Shown here: positions 51,753-64,000 of the stretch, one piece after another
Position numbering within the stretch: position 1 is the first letter of the stretch
Layout of the letters: each line of letters opens with the position of its first letter
Source: Mustelus asterias
Lineage: Eukaryota
Assembly (NCBI RefSeq): GCF_964213995.1
Contig: NC_135830.1
Span: 5,084,001 to 5,148,000, forward strand
Length of the DNA stretch: 64,000 bases
Reading direction: 5' to 3'
Notes under the pieces: generated by a model
Database searches by the model: none
Told to the model about the DNA's origin: nothing
The model's input: only the letters and a program-made list of their open reading frames with translations
Program-made: the position numbers and the translations under genes

Positions 51753-52767
51753 GGAGCAGGTGAATGAACTCTCACTATTGCGAGCTCGCTGTCATGTCAG
51801 CATGTTTTCCAGCTGTATCAATCCCTCCCCACAGGAGGAGCAAGGAAACAGATTCTCACCAGTTTCCAACTGAGATGGTCAATTAAATCCCTTCAGATGT
51901 ACAAACCTTCAAATCCCAATGAATTGATTGACTCTGTCTGACGTGAGATTTGATTGTCCAGACTGCAAATCCTCCTCTTCTATTTCCTGCAAAATAAGTT
52001 TACAAAGAATTACATGGATGGCACAGTGGTTAGTACTCCTGCCTCACAGCACCAGGGACCTGGGTTCGATTGTAGCCTTGGTTACCTGTCTGTATGGAGT
52101 TTGCCCATTCTCCTCATGTCTGTGTGGGTTTCCTCCGGATGCTCCAGTTTCCTCCCACTCTCCAAAGATGTTCGGGTTAGGTGGTTGCCCCTTTCTGTCC
52201 CAAGATGTGTAGGTTAGGGAGATTAGCGGGGTAAATATGTGGGGTTACGGGAATAGCCTGGGTGGGGTGGTCTGAAAGGCCTCCTTCTGCACTGTAGGGA
52301 TTCTATGAATACATGAGATACACAAAACACAAACAGGCCAGTCTATTTTTTTAAATTCATTTTTAACGGGGTGTGGGCGTCGCCGACTGGGACAGCATTT
52401 ACTGCCCATCCCCAACTGCCCTCCATTTCACAGGGCATTTGAGAGTCAACCACATTGCTGTGGGTTACATGTAGGCCAGACCAGTTAAGGACAGCAGATT
52501 TCCATCCTTAAAGGACCTCAGTGAACCAGATGGGTTTTTACGACAATCAACAATGGTTTCATGGTCAATATCAGACTTCTAATTGAATTTAAATTTCACC
52601 ATCTGCTGTGGTGGGATTCGAACCTAGGTCCCCAGAACATTATCCTGGGTCTCTGCGTTGCTAGTCCAGTGATAGTTCCACTGTGCCACTGCCTCCGCCA
52701 CCACCCTCCCATCCCTGCCCTGATCTGTACTGGAATTTCTACTCCACACAAATCTCCTCTCATTCTG

Positions 52768-53100
52768 CGGCACGGTAGCACAGTGGTTAACACTGCTGCT
52801 TCACAGCTCCAGGGACCCGGGTTCGATTCCCGGCTCGGGTCACTGTCTGTGTGGAGTTTGCACATTCTCCTCGTGTCTGCGTGGGTTTCCTCCGGGTGCT
52901 CCGGTTTCCTCCCACAGTCCAAAGATGTGCGGGTTAGGTTGATTGGCCATGCTAAAATTGCCCTTAGTGTCCTGGGATGCGTAGGTTAGAGGGATTAGTG
53001 GGTAAATATGTGGGGATATGGGGGTAGGGCCTGGGTGGAATTGTGGTCGCGGCCGAATGGCCTCCTTCTGCACTGTAGGGTTTCTATGATTCTATGATTC
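52768..53100 (+). mobile_element. tRNA-derived shark SINE (HE1/V-SINE-like)
   Basis: A box TAGCACAGTGG, B box GGTTCGATTCC, V-domain core, (TTCTATGA)n LINE-like tail; other copies at ~12730, 18822, 30254(-), 47833, 52018, 57055(-), 62860. Confidence 0.88.
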
Positions 53101-53426
53101 TGCTCACCTCAACTCAGCTTTTCAGCTCAACTTTTTAATCCTTTTTCTCTCATGTTCTCATCTGGTTTCCTTTTTAAAGCATCTAAAGTATTTGTCTCAA
53201 CCACTTCCAGTCGCAGTGAGTTCCATATTCTAACAACTGTCTGAAGAAATAAATATCTCCTCCTGTTGATTTATTCGTCTCTGTTGTCTGTTCATGGTTC
53301 CCAGTATTGGAAACACCAACAAGTGGAAACATTCCATTCACATCGACCTACTTATCCCATTCAGAAAGCCTCTATCAGAAGAGACAACATTTTACTCTTG
53401 GTTTGAGCTTGTTGTGTATAAATCTT

Positions 53427-53767
53427 AGAATCTTAGAAACCCTACAGCACAGAAAGAGACCATTCGGCCCATCGAGTCTGCACCGACCATAATCCCACCC
53501 AGGCTCTACCCCCATATCCCTACATATTTACCCACTAATCCCTCTAACCTACGCATCCCAGGACACTAAGGGCAATTTTAGCATGGCCAATCAACCTAAC
53601 CCGCACATCTTTGGACTGTGGGAGGAAACCGGAGCACCCGGAGGAAACCCACGCAGACACGAGGAGAATGTGCAAACTCCACACAGACAGTGACCCAAGC
53701 CGGGAATCGAATCCAGGTCCCTGGAGCTGTGAAGCAGCAGTGTGAACCACTGTGCTACCGTGCCGCC
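53427..53767 (-). mobile_element. HE1/V-SINE-like SINE, inverted relative to 52768-53100
   Basis: Near-identical reverse complement; the ORF track gives the same ~70-aa string for both copies. Confidence 0.88.
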
Positions 53768-53839
53768 CTTCTAACTCCCTTTCTAACTCCCTGTTTAAAA
53801 AGTGTCCAAAATGCATCACGATAGAAAATCGCAAGATTG

Positions 53840-55745
53840 TCTCAGGTACAAGTAATTCAGAAAGCTATTATTTATTATGAGGGGAATTGAGTAAAAGCAA
53901 GGAAGTTATGTTTCAGTTGCACAGGGCATTGGTTAGACATATCTGGAGCAGTGTGTACATTATTGGTTTCCTTATTTAAGGAAAAATATGAGTGCATATT
54001 ATTCCTTAACTGCTTTATGAGAAGCAGTTCATAGAAGGTTTAGTAGACTAATACCTGGAATAGGTGGATTGTCTGATGAGGAGCAGTGAGACAGTCTCTG
54101 CTTGAGTTTCGCTTCTGCTCGACTTCAAAAGAGTAAGAGGCAACTTAATTTAAACCTTCAAGATTCTGAAAACTCTTGACAGGATGGATATGGAGAGAAG
54201 GGTAAAAGCAAATTACTGCGGATGCTGGAATCTGAAACCAAAAGAGAAAATGCTGGAAAATCTCAGCAGATCTGGCAGCATCTGTGAGGAGAGAAAAGAG
54301 CTGAAGCTTCGAGTCCAGATGACCTTTTGTCAAAGCTTAGAAAAGGCATAGAAAGTGGGAGATATTTACACTGTGAGGGAAGGAAAGATGGGTCCAAGCC
54401 ACAGGAACCAGGGGAAAAGATGCTAATGGCAATCCATAGAGAGAATAAAAAGTGTGAATGGCCAAACAGCAGAGAAGCTGAAGAAGTTAAGACCATAAGA
54501 CCATAAGACATAGGAGCGGAAGTAAGGCCATTCGGCCCATCGAGTCCACTCCACCATTCAATCGTGGTTGATTTCAACTCCATTTACCCGCTCTCTCCCC
54601 ATAGCCCTTAATTCCTCGAGAAATCAAGAATTTATCAATTTCTGTCTTGAAGACGCTTAACGTCTCGGCCTCCACAGCCCTCTGTGGCAATGAATTCCAC
54701 AGACCCACCACTCTCTGGCTGAAGAAATTTCTCCTCATCTCTGTTCTAAAGTGACTCCCTTTTATTCTAAGGCTGTGCCCCCGCGTCCTAGTCTCCCCTG
54801 CTAATGGAAACAACTTCCCTACGTCCATCCTATCTAAGCTGTTCATTATCTTGTAAGTTTCTATTAGATCTCCCCTCAACCTCCTAAACTCCAATGAATA
54901 CAATCCCACGATCCTCAGACGTTCATCGTATGTCAGGCCTACCATTCCCGGGATCATCCGTGTGAATCTCCGCTGGACCCGCTCCAGTGCCAGTATGTCC
55001 TTCCTGAGGTGTGGGGCCCAAAATTGCTCACAGTACTCCAGATGGGGCCTAACCAGTGCTTTATAAAGCCTCAGAAGTACATCCCTGCTTTTGTATTCCA
55101 AGCCTCTTGAGATAAATGACAACATTACATTTGCTTTCTTAATTACGGACTCAACCTGCAAGTTTACCTTTAGAGAATCCTGGACTAGGACTCCCAAGTC
55201 CCTTTGCACTTTAGCATTATGAATTTTGTCACCGTTTAGAAAATAGTCCATGCCTCTATTCTTTTTTCCAAAGTGCAAGACCTCGCACTTGCCCATGTTG
55301 AATTTCATCAGTTGTGATGGATGAAGATGTGGGGGAGGGGGGGGTGGATTGGAGGGAGGTAAAATTGAGAAAAAGGGGGAAAGGGGAAGCAAAGGGGGAG
55401 AAAAGGTGCTGCCTGACCTGCTGAGACTTTCCAGCATTTTCTCTTTTGGATCTGGAGAGGATGTTTACTCTCAGGGGAGAATCTCGGGGGTCGCTGTTTT
55501 TAAAAACAGCATTGCCCATTGAAAACAGAGACGAGATGTTTTTCTCTCAGAGGGTCATGAATCTTTGGATTCACGTTCTTCAAAAGTGGAAGTAGAGCCT
55601 GATTTCAATGAGATAAATATCTTGGGGTGACAGGGATCAGGGTATTGAATTTGATAATCAGCCATGACAATAATGAATGGCGGCGCACGCTCGAAGGGCC
55701 GAACGGCCGACTTCCAGCTTCTATTTTCTATGTATGTTTCTATGT
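53840..55745 (+). mobile_element. Older CR1 fragment split by the Penelope-like insertion (pieces 53840-54200 and 55448-55745)
   Basis: Degenerate ORF2 3' end resumes after the insertion; GGATATGGAGAG / GGATCTGGAGAG duplicated at the junctions. Confidence 0.7.
54488..55310 (-). mobile_element. Young CR1-clade LINE 3' fragment nested in a Penelope-like element
   Basis: Open C-terminal ORF2 frame (54574-55310), (TCTTATGG)n tail. Confidence 0.92.
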
Positions 55746-55959
55746 AAACATGAGGAGCCTGGGGCTGAAGTGTAACCAAAAGCTGTGTAACCGCTTTAGG
55801 TAACTATACAGAGTTTGCAACCTCTCACACTGAATATGTACATGGCCCATGGACTCATCGAGGCTGCAAACAGCAGCTACAGTCTGAGGGTGGGTGAAGC
55901 TGTTTGGAAACCTATTGGTCATTGTATTATAGGGCCGGGAGCTAGGACCTGGAGGGGAA

Positions 55960-56660
55960 GCAGAAACATGACGCCCCGCCCACTGTGTTGCGTCACCGAG
56001 AGCATGCGCTCTCCTCCCTGCTGAATCAAGATGGCGGCCGTTAACCTTCGTCTCGTCTCGGAAAAAAGACTGGAAGTTGCAAACACAGACCGACGGGCTC
56101 ATTTTCGAGATTTGGGGCCTTGACCAGGTATTTAGAAACCCTCTACGTCCATCCGCCGGTTCCATTGCTCCCTCTACGTTTCTGCATCCTTACCGGCTGC
56201 TGATGAGACAGAGGAACTTCTCTCCGATTGCTATCACCCACACGGCGTGCTGCAAACGCCGTTGCTTACTGCGCATGCTCCAGACTAACATTACTGCGCA
56301 TGCGAACCCCTTATTGTGCGTTCCATGGGGACACCTCAGCCCCGCCCCCCATTCCCTCCGATTGGATGGAGGACCAGCCGCTCCTGCTCGGTCCTCCAGC
56401 CCCGCCCCCTCTTCCTATTGGTCCGGAGTTGCTGTCAATCAATCCCCGGGCATTGTGATGTGGAGCATGCGCAGTGTCATTGCTGTCCTTGGCGCTTGTT
56501 TGTCCCGGAGAAGCGGAGTCAGCGTTAGGCGGTGGCTGGGAGGATTTGGAAACACTTTGTGGATCCGCAAACCCTTCAGAATCATTGTCAGCTCCCTGGT
56601 TTGCAGCTGCGGGGCTTCTCCCTCCCTCCCTCCCGGGAACAGGCCCAGGTTAACGGCCCC
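55960..56660. promoter_or_regulatory. CpG-rich promoter between divergently oriented zinc-finger genes
   Basis: YY1-type CAAGATGGCGGC (56027), NRF1-type TGCGCATGC (56270, 56295, 56465), ATTGG boxes (56361, 56417), GC boxes. Confidence 0.75.
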
Positions 56661-57633
56661 ATCCTGGCTCAGCCACTGGAGGATGGTTCACATCAGAGGA
56701 TGGGGGAGGGGGACAATAAATAAGAGGTTACACTTTGGCCTCAAATCAATGAGGACTGATCTCTGGGAAGGAAGGAAACCCTGGGAGGTGGGCATGGAGG
56801 ATTCACAAACACCCGCTGGAGGCCCCAATAAGACCCATTGGTTTTATTGTCATTCGGCAGACAGCAGCTGGAGAACTGAACCCAGACAGAGGAGAGGGAG
56901 GGAGAAAACTGGGAGTGGAGGAAAGAAATGGTGAGATGGGTTTGGATTTCAGCCCAGGGAGGAGGGAGAGTGTGTGGTACAGGGATTTACTGATTTGGGG
57001 GAACAAGAGAGGAAAATATGTTCCAGACAAACTCGAATTGTCTGTTCAGAATTTCATAGAATCATAGAAACCCTACAGTACAGAAAGAGCCCATTCGGCC
57101 CATCGAGTCTGCACCGACCACAATCCCACCCAGGCCCTACACCCAAATCCCTACATATTTACCCAATAATCCCTCTAACCTTCGCATCTCAGGACACGAA
57201 GGGCAATTTTTTTTTAGCATGGCCAATCAACCTAACTCGCACATCTTTGGACTGAATTTCTATCTCGATTGACCATGACGATTTTTGTTAACTCCTTTTA
57301 CAGGTGAGGTGAGAAAACATCACATAAAAATCAGATTGAGTATCGGCTTATTTGGACCTGAATATCCTGAGACTTTGAACTTGGAAGGAGAAATGTTTGT
57401 CTGTTCTGCCTGGAGGAGAAGATTTCAAACACCAATGTGACTGGAAAAGCACTGAGACACACACCCAAGTGAGAGTGTTCCAGTGAACTGACTGTGGAAA
57501 AAGCTTAAACCAGTTACACAGCCTGAAAAAACATCACACCATTCACAGCTGGGAGAAACTGTACATATGTTGTGTGTGTGGACAAGACTTCAACTGATCA
57601 TCCAACCTGGAGAGACACAAGGACACTGGCACT

Positions 57634-58167
57634 ATGGAGAAACCATGGAAATGTGAGGACTGTGGGAAGGGATTCAATTATCCTTCCCATCTCGAAACTC
57701 ATCGTCGCAGTCACACAGGAGAGAGACCGTTCATCTGCTGTGTGTGTGGAAAAGGTTTTGTTCAGTCACAACACCTGCAGTCACACCAACGCTCTCATTC
57801 CAATAAGAGACATTTAAAATGTTCCAACTGTGAGAAGAGCTTTAAGAGCAAAAAGCACTTGAAACAGCACCAACACACACACACTGGAGAGAGGCCATTC
57901 ATCTGCTCTGTGTGTGGGAAGGGATTCACTCAGTCAGCCACACTGATGAGACACCAGCAGACTCACACGGGAAAAAGGCCGTTCACCTGCTCAGTGTGTG
58001 GGAAAGGATTCATTCAGTCATCCACCCTGCTGAGGCATCAGCGAGTTCACACTGGGGAGAGGCCGTTCCCTTGCTCCAAGTGTGGGAAGGAATTCACTCG
58101 GTTAGACACTCTCAGTTTGCATCAACATGTTCACACTGAAAAATTACTTTTTAAACATTACGAATGA
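57634..58167 (+). CDS. C2H2 zinc-finger protein, 6 fingers
   Basis: MEKPWKC start, six CxxC..H...H fingers, decayed fingers on both sides; acceptor ccttttacag at ~57303. Confidence 0.82.
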   Translation: MEKPWKCEDCGKGFNYPSHLETHRRSHTGERPFICCVCGKGFVQSQHLQSHQRSHSNKRHLKCSNCEKSFKSKKHLKQHQHTHTGERPFICSVCGKGFTQSATLMRHQQTHTGKRPFTCSVCGKGFIQSSTLLRHQRVHTGERPFPCSKCGKEFTRLDTLSLHQHVHTEKLLFKHYE

Positions 58168-58766
58168 GAGAAGAGTGAGTTGCAGACACACCAATGCATT
58201 TGTGTTGAAGAGTGGATGCTCACCTGCTCTGTCTGTGGGAAGGGACTTATTCAGTCACAACACCTATTGAGACATCAGTAAGTTTTTGTGCAAGGGTGGG
58301 ATTCTGTCAATCACTTCCATTGTGTGTTTCTGCTCATGTTAAACTCCAACCCTGTTATAGGAGTTATTGATATTCTAGATAAATGTCACTAAGTCAGTTT
58401 TTATGGAAATGCGCAGTGCTGTGTTAATATTTCTCCAATGGAAGAGGAGACTAATTGATGTCCTGCTACCAGCTTCATTTGGGGCCTTTGCTCATTTCGA
58501 ACTCTAGATTATTTCAGTTCTCACGCCTTCGGTTATTCTCGTGGACAATTCTCAGCTCCCCATATTTTCCAGAGTGTCTCTCCTGGTGCTGGGATCCAGG
58601 GAAGTTATCGGTCACAGTCCTGTGATCAATAAAGCTAAAACCAAGTCTGCTTGTTGTTTTTGACTCTTGGACTTCACCCCTGTCCCAAAACATCTCTCTC
58701 TTCTTTGACATGTGAATGGAACATGATGCCTGCAAACCTGGTTTCAATTGAAATCGTCTCAGCAAA

Positions 58767-59659
58767 TTTAACAGGAACCTGCAGGCTGACGAGATTGTGT
58801 TACACTGTCAGTGTGTTCCTGTACTGCTCTGTATTTAACAGGAGCCTGCAGGCTGATGAGATTGTGTTACACTGTCGGTGTGTTCCTCTGCTGCTCTGTA
58901 TTTAACAGGAGCCTGCAGGCTGATGAGATTGTGTTACACTGTCGGTGTGTTCCTGTACAGCTCTGTATTTAACAGGAACCTGCAGGCTGATGAGATTGTG
59001 TTACACTGTCAGTGTGTTCCTCTGCTGCTCTGTATTTAACAGGAGCCTGCAGGCTGATGAGACAGTGTAACACTATCAGTGTGTTCCTGTACTGCTCTGT
59101 ATTTAACAGGAGCCTGCAGGCTGATGAGACAGTGTAAACTGTCAGTGTGTTCCTGTACTGCTCTGTATTTAACAGGAACCTGCAGGCTGATGAGACTGTG
59201 TTACACTGTCAGTGTGTTCCTGTACTGCTCTGTATTTAACAGGAGCCTGCAGGCTGATGAGACAGTGTAAACTGTCAGTGTGTTCCTGTACTGCTCTGTA
59301 TTTAACAGGAACCTGCAGGCTGATGAGACTGTGTTACACTGTCAGTGTGTTCCTGTACTGCTCTGTATTTAACAGGAGCCTGCAGGCTGATGAGACAGTG
59401 TAAACTGTCAGTGTGTTCCTGTACTGCTCTGTATTTAACAGGAGCCTGCAGGCTGATGAGACAGTGTTACACTGTCAGCGTGTTCCTCTGCTGCTCTGTA
59501 TTTAACAGGAGCCTGCAGGCTGATGAGACTGTGTTACACTGTCAGTGTGTTCCTCTGCTGCTCTGTATTTAACAGGAGCCTGCAGGCTGATGAGACAGTG
59601 TTACACTGTCAGTGTGTTCCTGTACTGCTCTGTATTTAACAGGAGCCTGCAGGCTGATT
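58767..59659. repeat. 66-67-bp minisatellite, about 13 copies
   Basis: Unit TTTAACAGGAGCCTGCAGGCTGATGAGA(C/T)(A/T)GTGTTACACTGTCAGTGTGTTCCTGTACTGCTCTGTA. Confidence 0.95.
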
Positions 59660-60327
59660 AGACTCTTCTCCGGTCAGTGTGCTCCTGTACAGTGGAGCCT
59701 TTGCTGTTATGAAATGTGGGTGAAAAGTAATGAGCCTCATATCCTTGCTCATGTTGCTGTGATTGTGCAGAAAGGGGATGTGTAAAGAGCTGGTCTTTGT
59801 GTGGAGATATGAACCAAGGAAATGGTATGTGTTTGTGACAGTGACACAACCTGTGCTCACACTCAGAACAATGCACACATATCATTCTGGTTACAGTTTG
59901 AACAGGGTCAGATCACAACTGTCGTGAACAATTTAAACATGAATATCTCTCGTGTAGCTGCAGCTTGTTAGATCAGAGCTGAGGAGGAGAGAGTTCTGAA
60001 TCCACTGTATTATCTCTGTTCTCCAGACTGGGTAACTTTTTAAATCGAATGATATTTCATTCAAGAAACAGGATCACAGCCAAAAGGCTGAATTGCTTTG
60101 TAACTTGTATCAAAAAATCATAAAATTCAGGTACAGACTAAATAATCATGTTAAACACATGGAAACTGTGACAATCCAGTAATAATAACAATTAACAAAT
60201 TCATCAGGTAATAGGGAAGTGGTAGACAGGATATTAAAGAAGGAATATTGAATTAGATTATGTTAAAATTACAGACCAATACACCGTTACAGGCTCGGAG
60301 ATGCAGATAAATTTCATATAAAAGGCA

Positions 60328-60708
60328 GGCAGTGGCAGAGTGATATTGTCGCTGGACTAGTAATCAAGAGTCCCAGGTAATACTTCAGGGACCAGGGTTC
60401 GAATCCCATCACGGCAGGTGGTGAAATCTGAATTCAATAAAAATCTGGAGTTAAAAGTCTCATGACCATGAAACTGTTGTCGATTGTTGTAAAAAAAACC
60501 CATCTGGTTCACGAATGTGTTTAGGGAAGGAAATCTGCCGTCCTTACCTGGTCTGGCACATCTTTGACTCCAGATCCACAGCAATGTGGTTGACTCTTAA
60601 ATGCCCTCTGCAATGGCCTAGCAATCCGCTCAGTTCAAGGGTTATTAGGGTGGGTACTAAATGCTGGCCAAGCCAGTGACATCCACATCCCATGAATGAA
60701 TTTTTAAA
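60328..60708 (+). mobile_element. DeuSINE (SacSINE1-like) element
   Basis: tRNA-like head GGTTCGAATCCC and core AGGGAAGGAAATCTGCCGTCCTTACCTGGTCTGG; antisense copies at ~13040-13360, 35240-35550, 49765-50111 and 52347-52697. Confidence 0.75.
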
Positions 60709-61399
60709 AAGTACTTCACTGAGTACTGGAACCATGTGAGGAATTACTCTGTCTGTATTATTGCAGTGCTGTTAATAAAGTCAGTAAAAGACAATCTGTT
60801 GTTGGGAGCTTGATTATCAGCGGCTGAAACCACAAGGTTCAATATTTAGAGTCAATAAGATGAACAAAGAAACACATCAGGGCCCAAAACTCCAGCTGGA
60901 TATTCACAGGAGAAAGTCTGGTATCTAATATCTTGAGTGGAGAGAACAGAGAAAGATCCCAACTGTAAAAAACCCTCAAATTATTTATAAATAGTTTTCT
61001 AATGTTGACAGATTTCAAGTCAGTTTCTATCACTGAAGTCAATGGCAGGGGAGAGATGGCCAAAGGTTCCAGATAGAAATGTAACTTGATGTTATCGTTA
61101 CCTTACATTGGTAGATTCAGGATTTTCACACAAACATTTTCAATCTTCGTACTATTTTCAGACTGTAAAGTTAAACCTGCCGTTTTACTTTGTCAGGAAC
61201 AGATCCCAGTTTTACACCAATCTCTGATTTGACATCATGTTTCCAGCATTCTTTCTGACTCTAAATATAGTTGTAAAGGAGCTTCTGTTCCATATCTAAG
61301 AGCTCTAAACCATGGAAGGGAGTGGCTTTCTTACACACATCAGGATTAACCCACACATTCAGTCTTCAATATGATTGAAAGCAGAATCTAATTCTTGCA

Positions 61400-62510
<1,111 letters not shown>

Positions 62511-64000
62511 AATTCAGTTATTCATTTGTCTCTCCAGGTTGGATGTTCAGTTGGAGCCTCACACAGGACACCTGTACATTTCTCCGCATTGTGAAAGGTA
62601 TGATGTTTTTTCAGGCTGTGTAACTGGTCTTTCCACAGTCAGGTCACTGGAACACTCTCTCTCAGGTGAGTGTGTGTGTCTTGATGCTTTTCCAGTCACA
62701 CTGATGTTTGAAATCTTTTCCCGCAGACAGAACCAACATTTCTCCTTCCACATCCAGAGGTCGATGATATTCAGTCCCTGATGAATCGAGTGATTCTGTC
62801 AGATTTTGACATGACGTTTGTTCTGACTTTCCCATCTGGAACTCCTCTCCCTCTAACGACACAGTAGCACAGTGGTTAGCACTGCTGCTTCACAGCTCCA
62901 GGGACCTGGGTTCGATTCCCGGCTCGGGTCACTATCTGTGTGGAGTTTGCACATTTTCCTCATGTCTGCATGGGTTTCCTCCAGGTGCTCCAGTTTCCTC
63001 CCACAGTCCAAAGATGTGCGGGTTAGGTTGATTGGCCATGCTAAAATTGCCCCTTAGTGTCCTGGGATGCGTGGATTAGATACCCCTGAACAAAAAAACT
63101 GAATTTGAAAATCTGGCCACTGCCTGAAGTATTGGAACCATGCAGGGATGATAAGATCTTCAGACAGAGACACCACCCCCCACCCCCAAACACACACACG
63201 CACATGCACCCGCACACACACGCACTTCATGATCTGTTGGTAAGATTTCCTGAAACCCCAGAAGCTGGCTTTTATCAGGTGGCACATGGGACATTATACT
63301 GGGATAGCAGTGTGAGTGTGTAGATGTGATATGTTATATGTGGTGTAATTAACCTGTGGAAATGCCTGGTGAAGCTGCATTGAAGAACGGGTCCCTGATA
63401 TGCTCAGCTCATCTAACAGAACAACATTGACTGATTAATGTGGTCAGTGGAATGGGACAACATTTTAAATCATCAAGGTATTGACACAGACTCCACAGAC
63501 AAACTGACGTTAAAATAAACAGGACAGAATTAAAGACACTGAAATCGATCAGAAGAGTAAAATTATACTGAAGAGGCATATAGAAAATATCCACAAGATG
63601 GATTTGGGTGAAAAGGGAGTTGAGAATCTTTAAAGTTGAACTTTTGTTTCAACCAGAGGGACTTACCACAAATCAGTAATATAGATTTGCAAGTGATGAT
63701 CTACAGTTGAGGATGAATCAACATCAACCGGTATCACATTTTAGTGAAAATGTGTTTCTGTTGCTGATTCTGATCATTCTCGTTGCTTTAATATGTCATC
63801 AATATTAAGTAATCAAGAAATTAGGGAAAAACAATTGTAGCTTCGGAATAGCTGCATTAATCAGAAATCAGTTTGTGAGAATCAATAAGGATTTTCCCTT
63901 CTCAAGGTGGGGAGATTGACAACTGATAAAATATGAAGGCATTTATTTAATATTACAGGAATGGTTCATTCCCCCTCTCACTTATGAAGAAAGCTTCCAT

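Noticed and set aside
45213-51775. Antisense and alternate-frame ORFs over the zinc-finger arrays
   Set aside because: Shadow ORFs caused by the 84-bp finger periodicity
52768-52840. tRNA genes
   Set aside because: The A/B boxes belong to SINE heads that continue into SINE body and tail
56077-56934. 285-aa ORF
   Set aside because: It spans a GC-rich promoter and first intron, has a non-ATG start and no recognisable domain
58767-59659. CRISPR-like array or tandem hammerhead (CTGATGA followed by a hairpin)
   Set aside because: No unique spacers and a vertebrate context; no GAAA after the hairpin, so the hammerhead core is incomplete

Overview
Cartilaginous-fish (shark-type) genomic DNA. The centre is one complete, apparently functional, unrearranged IgM heavy-chain cluster on the + strand: leader-VH-D1-D2-JH-Cmu1..4-secretory tail-TM1-TM2 (23272-40736), with RSS spacers 23 / 12-22 / 12-12 / 23. 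The upstream ~23 kb is a mosaic of tandemly duplicated units containing two VH pseudogenes. Antisense to the V segments lie decayed copies of a multi-exon gene whose reconstructed peptide follows the motif order of alpha-1,6-fucosyltransferase (FUT8/GT23 plus SH3). The most complete copy is head-to-head with the functional VH promoter. Downstream (43-63 kb) is a cluster of five C2H2 zinc-finger genes or pseudogenes with CpG-rich promoters. The window is dense in CR1, L2 and RTE LINE fragments, tRNA-derived SINEs, Penelope-like termini (one carries a minimal hammerhead ribozyme in the CH4-TM intron), and micro/minisatellites. All homology calls were made by eye; no searches were run.
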